From positions 2,771 through 66,770 of the forward strand of contig NMRA01000034.1 of the NCBI GenBank assembly GCA_002633005.1: 64,000 bases of DNA, written 5' to 3'. Under the pieces are notes generated by a model that saw nothing but the letters and a program-made list of their open reading frames with translations, made no database searches and was not told the origin of the DNA. How positions within the stretch are numbered: the first letter of the stretch is position 1; every line of letters starts with the position of its first letter. The position numbers were made by a program, and so were the translations under genes. This document shows, in pieces, positions 11,919 through 23,300 of the stretch. The DNA is from Phoronis australis. Its lineage: Eukaryota > Animalia > Phoronida.

Positions 11919-14484
11919 AGTCTTTCTTGCAAACTGCCCATGTGGTTCTAGTATCCGAAAATACTTACTACATAAAATCTTATTTTCGACACCCTTTCTT
12001 TATATTCTTTTCGCCTTTCTTGCCAAAAGCGATTTTTGAACAGTATTTGTCAATGACCCTTCTCTCTGAGCGTATGATTACCGGTTGTCATCGGTTATTT
12101 CCGTACCCACATTTCCGGCTCATCAGTTCAGGAACTTGTCCTGAAAGTCGCCATTTTTTCCTTGTAACTGAATGTGCTATCGCTTGCTCGAAAAGTCTTC
12201 ATTATTTTGTTTTGTTAGTAATATCTCGTGATTCGTTTGCATATGTAGTGTATTTATAGTTTGTAGTTAGTGGTCGTTGATTTTTTTGGAATGTTACGCG
12301 TACTTAGTGTGTTAAAATAGCATTGGTGTTTGGTTCCTTACGTAGGCCAGTCGAACCTAGGAACCAATATGGGTCAAACCTATTTTTTTCGGTTTTATTT
12401 TTTTATCGTTTTGAAAAAGTACTTTGCTATCATCGGAAAGGTAGTGCATTCTACTCAGTAAAAATCGAAAAAGTATCAAAATCGGGGCAAGCACTGTAAA
12501 GTTATTGCAAGTTTTGTGGCGAAATTTGGGTCACTTTGTTTGGGTCGCGTCGGACATATTGGAGGACAGCGGGATAAATTACGAGTTTAAAACTTTGTGT
12601 AAATTGTTTTCGCCGACAAATTACGGTGAAATTTAGTTAGACATATCTTTACTTACTATTCTGCACGATTTCACAGTGTTCACCAAATTTCAGCCTCGCA
12701 GTTGTTACTCATTAAGTGATAAATGTGCTCACAATTCCCGTTGGACTTCGTCTCATTTCTGGCGGCACCGACAACATGGCGACTTTTGCTGAACTCAAAG
12801 GCATGTTCAATCGGCTACTTTGTAATTTGTGAAGATTTAACGTTGATACATTTTGACAAACGTTGCTACAAAAAAGAAACTTTGTTCAATTTTCGTGTTT
12901 TTTGCGCAAAAATATAAGATGTATTCGAATTATTTTACTGTAAATTTCCCATTCATGTGATCTTACACTAAGCTGAAAAAATAATTGAAATAATTTTGAA
13001 ATGGTTTTTTGTTTGACTGACACCTGCTGTTCAAGACTTGATTCAGTGTCACAAAATGATTTATATTTTTCTAAATTTTAAGTCTCAATTGCTTTCAAGT
13101 CATGTTTTATAACTTATTGCTTCTTAATTCAGGTTATCAAGTCAACAATATGAATAATCTTAATTTGAGAAATAAGCTATGTTGGATTGTGAAGCTTCAA
13201 GCCTCTAATTCTTGTTCCTTGCAACTTCATATTTTTTTAAATGATGCTTGTCAAATTCTGGTGTAAGGAAACACTATTTCGTCACCATGGTAATAGTTAC
13301 ATGTATGTCCACTTTCATATCATGGAAACTGTTGCTGTTGAATAGTGTTTGTAATGCTAAATGTTGTAAAGTATTGTGCATTTTAAGTTACTTATTATGT
13401 TAAAAGTTTGAATCATTTTGGGTTAATGAACAAAAAATGATAACAAGTTGTATTGGTCATACTTATGTGCTCGAACGAGCCCCCTTTTTGGAGAACTGGA
13501 AAAAGGTCTGCCTCAGTCACAGAAGCACGAATTCCAAAAAAAGTAGAAAATGAGACAATATTCCACTAGAAGACAGGAAGTACCAAAATTTAGAGTCTGC
13601 AATTCATAGCTCTGAACATACCCACTGAATCCTATAGTAAAAGATAGACATTCCCAGAAATTCCACACCCCCCATTCTCTTAGGCTTGGTGCGCTCATAC
13701 GAAGTCTGGGAAAATCTCTGTTGATAGCCAACAACTTTCCACAGATCGCCAGAAGTACCCAAGTTCTAAATAAACCTCGTGTGAGCGCGCGATGTGGCCA
13801 GCGACCAGTTAGGCCTAAGGGTAGCCTTGGCGCAAAGCTGTATAGGCCTACTAACAAGCTGTGTTTTGACGATAGTCTTCACTGGTAGCTGGCACTGAGG
13901 CTAACTAAGGTCTGCCGCGGCAGTGTGACACAGGACTAACCAGCCCGTAATTTCATGCAAGTGGCTGAAACTACCCTTGAATATTTGCAGCATTTATGAT
14001 TTGACCATTTTACTTCGACAAAACAGCTTGCAACCGCAGGCGTTTACCGTTCGCCAGTGTATGGTCTCGAACGGCACCGGGTCCGATAGGCTGCGGTCCC
14101 GAGTCTGGCAAAATAATTTCTGTCAAAATTTATTCGCCACATTTCTTCAGCAAATTCGATAAAATTGTCCGTATTTTGATTTCATTAAAATTAAGGCGCG
14201 CTGTCGATTATTTTATCCCCGTTTGCTGGCTGGTAACAGTACAGGCACTGCTCCAGTCGCACTGACGGCGTTTTCTCGGCCTGGGTTCCTGAATGAGTTG
14301 TACTTCCGGGTTCGCGGCAAGTTCAAAATGGCGGCGGTTCTTCGGGTGCGAATCGTGAGTGGCGCGTTCATTTAAACTTTTTTCGAGTACGGATCGTGTA
14401 TTAGTTACGGGGTAAGTACTTCTTGGATCCTTATAACATCCTCTAACCATGTAATAAGGGTTAACAACGCTTGAGAGAAGGACT
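11919..14484 (+). mobile_element. Kolobok-like non-autonomous DNA transposon (~2.57 kb) in the 3' flank of the glycosyltransferase exon
   Basis: TTAA TSDs at 11915-11918 and 14485-14488; AG-starting short TIRs; homology to copy 3's 3' flank (27280-27465) resumes at ~14528. Confidence 0.8.
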
Positions 14485-15322
14485 TTAAATTGGCATTTCT
14501 CTGGTCGATTCTCATTGCCCATTTTCCCAGTGTATTGCTGAATTCTCAGTTTTTACCATTTTTATTGATATGAAATTGTTTGGAGTTAAACTGACCAGAC
14601 ACGATTTTACAAATTTTCACTAATCAATTTGCCAAAAACGCGTTGGAGTCATTGGCATTTAACAATCTATGACTTTTTAGGGATACCGATTAGCGCGGTA
14701 ATTGTAAGAGAGTTCAAAGACGGGTGGCTTTGAACTCGCAACGAAAAGAAATTCAGGTTGATTTGAATTCTAATCGTCTCATTTGTCAAATTCGGGTATA
14801 TCATCTGTAACTGTCTACAATAAAGCAAAAGCCTTTTAAAAAAATGTTTCCGCTAGGCACGCGCTTCAAGAGGAACAGAAACCGCAAAACGCGATTGTTT
14901 GGCAAAATGTTTATTAGGAAAGAGGTGAGGTGGAGACGTATTTTTAACTACATTCATCAGCCACTTCATTTCGTATTACTACTGAAAATAAACCGAGTTG
15001 TAATAATTTGAACAAGCTGAAAATGCCATTCATTTGGCGATGGGTGCAATTTGGGGCTGAGTTGCATAAAACGCTGAGCCGTATGAATAAGCTCGATTGC
15101 CTGACTATGCCCATTTTGACCCGTTTTGTCTATTTTTGCGAGTTAGGTCACTTTTATCCCTTTCAATATATTTTCACTCGATAAGGCGGTTTGGTTCTCG
15201 AGGCTGTACAGAAATTTTAAGTCTATTCTGGATCTTGAAGCATCTAGGCCTATCTGTAGTAACTTAAGTCGACGGGTTGTGACAACATTCGGATTAGTTA
15301 CAGCCCATTGAGGTTGAGCTAG

Positions 15323-17369
15323 CAGTTGCGGATCTACGGGGGGGGGGGGGTTCAGGGGGTTTAAANAGGGGGAGTTCACTCTGAAAATATATTTTTTGCA
15401 CTGTAAATTGCTGAGTCTTCGTGGCTCATCGGCAAAACACGTGGAGATCAATTGTGCGCGCGTTTCCGTCGACACTTCTGAAGTAGCCACGCATTTTAGA
15501 TGGATCCACCGCTGAAAGAGCAGTTCTATAGCTGATTTCTTTAGGTAACTAGCTTCCTTACTCTAATATATGTTTTGATTTGATTAGGGGAAATACTGTG
15601 GTGCCGCAACCCTGATAATCAGGCGAATTGACATGCAACGTTTTTACCTCATCTGTCATGCCGTGTCATTCTATTACACTCCACACGTTTGTAACTCGAA
15701 TTTGACTAATGTAGGCCTATAGTAAAGTTGTCTTGCGCAATATCATACAGTATACATGTACATGTAATATTTTAAAAAAAGGAATGACCAAGGGGGCACT
15801 CACATTCACAAAGTGACCGCATTCGCGAACAGTGTACAGTACCAGAAATTGCGAGGAGGCTGTTCTTTCACAACAAAGTCTTGCGAGACTCGTGCGATGT
15901 TCAATAGGTCTCCTAAGGAGCCCTAGTTCCGACCTCAACACCTACCTTCTCTCTACCTGCAATAAGCACACACTGCCGTCTTCTATACTGGGAATTTCCG
16001 CAGAAAGGCCCACCCGATGAAACGTTCATGCCCATGGGCATTTATTTGATGTTAGTACTTCGAGTTCCAAGCGTTCAGACATTGGGACGTTTATTTAGAA
16101 AATTGCAAGTGATGCAAATAGGTCCTGGGATACATCGTCAAGGTCTGAAGTAGTCCATGATGAACAGATCAAATTTAGTTGTGCTTGTTAGTCTTTTGAA
16201 TGGACTTGGCAACCTCAAGGGTCTTAGTGCCAACTGAGCTGAGAAACGAGATGCTGACATTGTAGAGGCCTACAAGCTCATTGACACAGCAGTTGACGAA
16301 GTGTAAGCGTTGGGAACAAACATCGAAGATATCTGGGTAGAATGGTTCCAAGACGAGCAAACCGTTGGATCCGATATACAGATTCCTCGGCAGTCTAGAC
16401 AACAGAAGGCAAGGACTAACGTATGGGTAACCACTGGGGATTAAAAAGTATCTAGAGAGAAGTTTTCAATCCAAAATTTTTTGCTTAGTACACTTTAGGT
16501 CTCGCGACGGACCAGGCCAGCTTGATTTGAGTTTCATATAGTACCTCGGCGAACTAGTCTTGTGATTTTTTACCAAGGTGTGCTTTGTAAAACTATTTAT
16601 CTCAGCCAGTGCTGTTTGGTCCCGCGACAGATCAACTATTTTTATAGGGATAATAAGCACAGGTGCACTCTCAGTGTACATCTGGTCCCTCTGCTAACTG
16701 GTCCAGTATATCTTTTCACCACTGTGCACAGGATGTTTTGGTTTCGTGAAACTGTTTTCAGATGATTTGTTTCCTGATACATTTGACGTTTTTCAATTGT
16801 CAACGCGATTCAGTTTAATAAAGTGATACTTAATTATTTATTGTCGCTTTTAATAATATACTTTGAGCTGAGAGCACCATCGTTCGCCAGTTTTTCTCGT
16901 AACGAGACAGAACACATGTTTATTTCCGGATTAACAGTACAGGTCTTCGTTCCTAAACAACTTGAGGCTGCTGTTACGCGATCATCTGATATTCAAGCTT
17001 TTACGCCCCGTCGGTGCTCCTTATGCTCTTGAATATTTGGACGTTGTCTAAGCCCCTGTATACACACCCCACTTTTTCGTATGCTAAAAAGGTGTGTGTA
17101 AGCAGATGTTCCAACAAACATTTTTGCTGGAGGCGTGACTCATACCCAGATGTGCACAATATAGTTTTACGAAACTTATGAGCCAAGTTCATGTGATGAA
17201 ATCGAGAAGGGTTTTAAATTATCTTTAAAAAACTCCAGAGACATGTTAAGTGCCAGAAACTTACCAGGATGTATGGAAAAATCAATATTTGGCTACAAAA
17301 ACACGCGCCTAGGATTCGACCTTTGCGCGAATTCTAAACCCCCTTACTGAAAACGTAGATCCGCCACTG
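15323..17369 (+). mobile_element. Degraded hAT-type DNA transposon with 5-bp TSD (GCTAG)
   Basis: gctag|CAGTTGCGGATCTAC ... GTAGATCCGCCACTG|gctag; internal decayed transposase-like peptide DADIVEAYKLIDTAVDEV..NIEDIWVEWF..IPRQSRQQKARTN at ~16250-16420; single N at 15366. Confidence 0.7.
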
Positions 17370-18509
17370 GCTAGGTAGGTATTGCGGTTCGAGATAAGAG
17401 GATCGAATTTGTAACCAGTGCCAATGTGGCGTTGTCAAAGACGACGTCCAGCTTACCTTAACCTTAGATCAGATTTGAGTAATCGACTGAATGCCAACTT
17501 TATGTCTTTTAATGATGAGAAAAAATTTTTCCCTTTGATGATAGGTGTCAATGTGCGAGATCTGCGATTGATCGCCAGGACCTGCTTTTAGCGAAAAGGG
17601 GTAGTAGTATTTTAGTCATGTAAGTGAATCATTAGTAATTGTGATTATTGTACTTTTAAGTATACGTTTGGTCTTGAACGTGTCTGAAAAGCAAAACATT
17701 TTTATCTGTACGTACGTTATTTGAACAGCTGTTTGAAATATAACAGCATATGTTCTTTACTACGCAAATAATAAATACTCTATTTTCAAAAGTCAAAATA
17801 TTGATGTCTACTTGCCTGTATTCCTTACTTTTTAAGGCGAACTTTGGAAAAGTGCGTGAGGTTGTCGTACTTGTGGACGCCTTAACTTTTTCAGAATTGA
17901 AACAGTCATCTGAATTATTTTTGGATGAAAATTGTAACTGGAAAGACATAAAGCCTATCTTGCCCATTTCTTATTCCAAAAATATCTGAAAGATAGATGG
18001 CTCGAGTTAAGACTGTTAAATAGAATTGTATCCAAAAATTCTTTCTTGGGAATTATTCACGTCAAAGACGATATGGCATTTCTAAGAGCTATTTTCTCGC
18101 ATTAAAGGATTTTAATTTTCAGTATTAGATCCATTTGCTAGAATTTTACTGCTGAGTCCCCTAAAAAGGCAGGATTCGGCGTATGCGCAATTTATAGCCA
18201 TGAACGAACCCCGTATTCGTTTTTTTCTTTAGTAAAAGGTCCACAACGTCAAAAATTTAAGTCCCCCTATATTAAGACTGGGTGCGTGCATGCCGTGTGT
18301 GTAATACGCAAGCTTATGACTCAGTTTTGAAGAACAAAAATTCATTGCGCAATACTACTGGAAACCAAAAACATCAAGGAAATCAAAGACGACCCCTCCA
18401 AGTTGATGACCAATAAGTTTGAGTTTATTTATTTAAGTACTTAAACTTCGTTTTCGATCTACGGTTTGTAAACTAAACCCAGTAATCTAGTTCCTAAGCC
18501 AATAAGCAA

Positions 18510-19157
18510 TTTATTGTCATTTGAGAACATTTAAGGGCACATTCAATGAGCTGTCCGAAATTCACCAATTTCCTTGAGAATTTATTTCAGATAGTCAAAA
18601 ATCGTTAGACTTTTATATTTGGGGATCTGATGATAGATCGAATTATCCCAATATCGGCCTGCAATTAAGTTTATTGAAACATTGTCATTTCTTACAAGAT
18701 TAGCTTCTAATTGTCAAAAAAATCATCTCTCAGTCAGTCCACTTTCGAAGATAAATAAACATGTAAATCAGAAACCAACAATCAAATCCATGAGCAATCC
18801 ATTTACCTTGATTTAATGACTTAATTCTTTTTTGATCCCCTGTTATGGAATTTAAACAACAAATCTTGTACCGATGTTAAAAAGCAAAGCATTTATTGTC
18901 ATCTGAATTCCAAGTAAATTTTTGGGAAGTGTCCAAATTTCATCAATGTCTTTGAGGGTTATTTTAGAGAGGCAAGAAGCGTCCAAGTGCACTTTACTAA
19001 TTGGGGATTGGATTATAGTTTTTTTCCATATCCAGGCTCCAACTAAATTCCCTAAATCGTCATCAGTTCTTAAAAGATTAGCTTCTAATTACCAAAAATC
19101 CCCTTTTAACCTGTCGGTTTTCGTAGATAGATAAACATGTAAATCAGAAACCAACAA
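18510..19157 (+). repeat. Diverged direct duplication (~380-bp period) with decayed AP-endonuclease-like coding signal
   Basis: Shared blocks tttattgtcat, ttgggga, aagattagcttctaatt and taaacatgtaaatcagaaaccaaca at ~18510-18780 and ~18892-19157; peptide LLIGDW..QAPTK..SSSVL.RLASN. Confidence 0.6.
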
Positions 19158-20399
19158 ATTCTTTGATTAAAACGGAATGTAACAAGCAATTTCCGCGGGC
19201 ATGCTCACAGATTTTTACTGGTAACCGGGGGAAATCGGAGATTGGGCATTCATAGTAAGGTGTATTTTGCTCGTTTCCGATGTACCTATAACGATTCACG
19301 AGTTTAACTTGACCTCAAACAAAAAAGCCTGAGATATTTGTTTACGTGTAATTTGTATAATTTGTTATATGCTATAACTAACCAACGGAAATAGTCCTTT
19401 TGTGTAATTAACAAGTAGCGATCTTCACGTTGTTTAAAATTCCTGAATCCCTTTCGATGGCGGTCACGCCTATTGTATTTGTTCACTTTTTTGGCTGTTT
19501 GGGTCGAATGTCTTGATACTGTTGTGCTGTGCACGAATGTTTTGTGTTTTTTTGATGAATTTGGAATCACAACTTCTTTCGTGAACATTAGGCAGTGTCG
19601 GATTTACATGTATAGATAGACAAAGGTACATTTCCCCCCAACTGCTCCACCGAGAGATGGTCCCGTCTGAAATGGGACACCTTATTTATGAAAGGCTAAA
19701 CATCATTAAGCTTGGAAAAAAGAGTGACAGTTCATTCCACCGTCGTGTGGTCACAGGACGGTGCAGGAAGTGACCGCTTCAACATCAAACTCGGTTGACG
19801 ATTTCACAAAAAGAAACAGCAAAATAAAGGTAATCATGTCCAACATTGGGCCCTCTCTCAGTGTGCCAACGACAACGACATGGAATGGGGACCGGTTTGT
19901 TTGAGTGACAGAGTTCATGGTACCTGTAATAGATACATGTCCTCTTCCCCATAAATCTCAGTTTTTGTTTGACGCTCGCTGGTCAACCCTACAAACCATG
20001 TATTCTCGGCTTCTAAAGAAAGTTTTCCAAACATAGCTAAGGCTATGGGCCTATTCGCGGGAATTCTCGTCATATAATTTCTTCTTTTGCTTGCTTTAAC
20101 TGGCATCAATGTAGTATTTTGGAACAGAGGAAGTGTCATTTGGCACTTTTATATTCAATTTCTACGTATTTACGTGTTTGTTCAACTTATTTGTGTAGTC
20201 AATCACCGTTTTAAACGCAAATTTTGTCCATTTGACTAAGTCAAATCGGGTTTCAAATTCACTTTACTTCCACATAAACACGCACGTGGTTGCACAACCA
20301 CACGCATACGCGCACGCATACCCGCGAACACACACGCGTACACTCACACACGCATGCATAGGCATGGATGCCGCATTTATAGAAAGTTTCAGCTAGACA

Positions 20400-23300
20400 A
20401 TGTCTTCTTTCTCTTGTTGCAGTGATGGTTTTGCAATTGGAACGTTAGTGACGGCTGTTTTTTTTCTGCTCGGGTTCCTCTATCAGCTAAACTATATATC
20501 GATAGAGTCCCCACAGATCAAACTCAATGGAACAGCAAATACCACCAAACATCGGTCTCCACCGATCCTAGTTAATGGAACAGCAAAAGATTGGTCTCCA
20601 CAGATCCTAGTTAATGGAACAGCAAAAGATCGCTCTCTTCAAGTCAAGTTCGTTTACCATACACAAGCACCCCAATGTTTGTCTTCATATTACCTCCTCT
20701 CCAGCATTGTTGGTGACCCCAAGTCATGTCGTTGCCTCGTTGTTGTGTTGTCCTACAAAACGTTGTGTACGAATAACTCTCATCCACACGTGAGGTAAGA
20801 TACGGTGTCGCAGAAACCGAGACGGAATGTCCAAGACCTGTGACTTACTGATTATTTTTGGAAAATGATACTTTTTTATCCCCATTTCTCCACAAAGCCA
20901 CAAGGCCGGTCTCATTTTAAGATTCCCAACCAAAATTCAGCAAATCTGTCACAGCAAATGTCACTTTGACGTTTTTGTTTATGTTCGCGTTGACAAAGGC
21001 AGCTTAACCATTGATTCTGACCCGGGTGTGATACCAGATGACGAGATGCTATCTGACTGTTAAAGATTCATCAGTTCACGAAGTTACCGAAATTTCAAAT
21101 GTCGATATTTCGACATTTTAAGTTGTCTTTCACGGCAAGTATAATGAAGTATAACAAAGTACATGAAATAGACAGAAAATAAACTGAAGCCATTCATATT
21201 GTTTAGTAATTAGATGAAACGTACTGCGGACGGTCGGAACCAGACAAATTTGGTCCACACGATTCTTACTCCGATGGTTCAACGCTTAATTTGTCCCCGC
21301 TCAATATTTATTTCGTTTTTCAAATTTTACCGAGAATTACATTACTATGACGACGCATTTATGGATGAGTGCAGAGATGCTTGCGGCGAAAAACTTTGGA
21401 AAAAGACATTAATGTGTTTAGTATGGAAATTCAAAGTGGGAAAAATTCCAGGACACATATTTTCTATGCAAGATTTAAAAACAGGCCAAAACATTATTTT
21501 TCTCTGCAGGGAAAAAATAAATACACCAAATCAAAACTCTTACGTTCATTTCACTCTGCAAGACTAAAAAACAACTCAAAACCAAAATTTATCACGTCAG
21601 GACTGAAACAGTCAGGACCAATAATTTATCATGTCAGGACCGAAAACTCATCACTTCAGGACTAAAAATTTCATACGCATGGACTGACAATTCATCGCGC
21701 CAGAAAATGTTCATGCCAGGAGACCACGTTACCATCCACAAACATTGACCCTTCTAAGCGATATCATCGGTACTAGATAAACTATTGCTAAGCGTTCAAC
21801 AATGTCTTGCCAGATGCAGTGATATTATTGTGATAATGAGCTTAATTTCTGTAGTCGTTTGCACAGATCACAACAGACGCCAATGCACTTTTTAACTCAC
21901 TAGACTTGAATACGGCCGAGTATTAAAGAGACATAACAGAAATACTATACATAGGCGTGCTATTAGACCATCTGGGGGAATTGGAGTATTAGTTAAGTCA
22001 ACTTTGTTACAGAAATATACTGTCAAGGTTGTTGATAAATCTCATGATGGCATAATTGGACTGCAATTTAGTAATGTGTTTTCTGATTATAACTTTGTTA
22101 TATTTGTCTGTTATTTACCTCCAGAAAATTCCCCTTGGGGATGTCACCCCTGCACTTTTTATGCTCATTTGTTATGTCAGTTGTATTCCCTCGATGATGT
22201 TGATTCTGTATATTTATGTGGAGACCTTAATGATAAGATACTTGAAAGATCATGTACAGGATGTCGATGTAATCCCCAGCAGACAGTCTTTAGATGGTTC
22301 TAAAAATAGGCATGGGGATTCCTTCATTGAATTTTGTATTGACTCTAAGTTTTGTGTTCTCAATGGGCGTATATATCCCGATCAAGATAACTTTACATTC
22401 GTATCTGGAAGGGGTTCTTCCGTTGTTGATTACATACTTACGCATCTTGAAAATTTATCTAATTGTTTGAAATTTGAAATTTATACACCCGTAGCGTTGG
22501 TAGACAAATTTGATCTTCTGAGTGAAATTTCTGGCGTTTGCCATATGCCAGATCATTCTTTACTTGCCCTTCATTTTTCCGTACATTATAATGGCAACCT
22601 TTCTCAGTTAAATGAAGCTTGCATCGATTCCCCAGAGAGTATAAAGTTCGGTCAATTCACGTAGACTTTATGAATTCTGAAATTTTTAATACTGCTATGC
22701 GAGAATTAATTGATTCTATTTTGGTCTGCAGAGCAACCCAAGAAAACAGTGACTGTATGTACAGTAGGTTTTGTAAGTGTATATTTGACGAGATGAACAG
22801 AAAATTATTTTGTTCTAACTCAAAGAAGGTGAAAAGGAGATTTAAATCAAGCAAACCCTATTGGTGTGCTGAATTGTCCGAGCTTTGGAAAGATGTAAGT
22901 TTAAAGGAAAAAAAAATTTGCAATGCAGCGGCTCTCGAGAAGAACGCTCTTTACTGAGACGCCAATTTCAAAATGCCAAGGTTCTATTTGATAAAGTCCA
23001 CAGGAGGATCGAAAGAAAATTTTTGAGAGATCAAGCTGACCTCATAGAATCTTTAAATTTCAGTAACCCAACAGAATTTTGGAAGTACATTAAAAACTTG
23101 GGCCCCTCTTTTAGAAAGACGATACCCATGGAGGTATACGATGACACTGGAAACCCTAATACCAATAACCAATACATGTATGTTTTTAATAAATGGAAGA
23201 ACGAGTATGAATCGTTATACAATGGTCCAACTGTAAATGAGTTTGACCGGGGATTTTATGCTGATATGCTTCTCAAAAAAGCTCATCTTGAGTCGTTTAA

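Larger units (their letters stand above)
8220..12474 (+). repeat. Tandem near-identical ~2.1-kb duplication (8220-10341 vs 10343-12474) joined by a single N
   Basis: Sequence after the N at 10342 restarts at atgatacctaatcagtaac, as at ~8220; both copies share the exon and the same Kolobok insertion site. Confidence 0.9.

Noticed and set aside
9777-12259. Repeated ORFs MCLYLKSFLQTAHVV... (also at 5694)
   Set aside because: They lie in the terminus of a non-autonomous TE, use non-ATG starts and are broken in one copy
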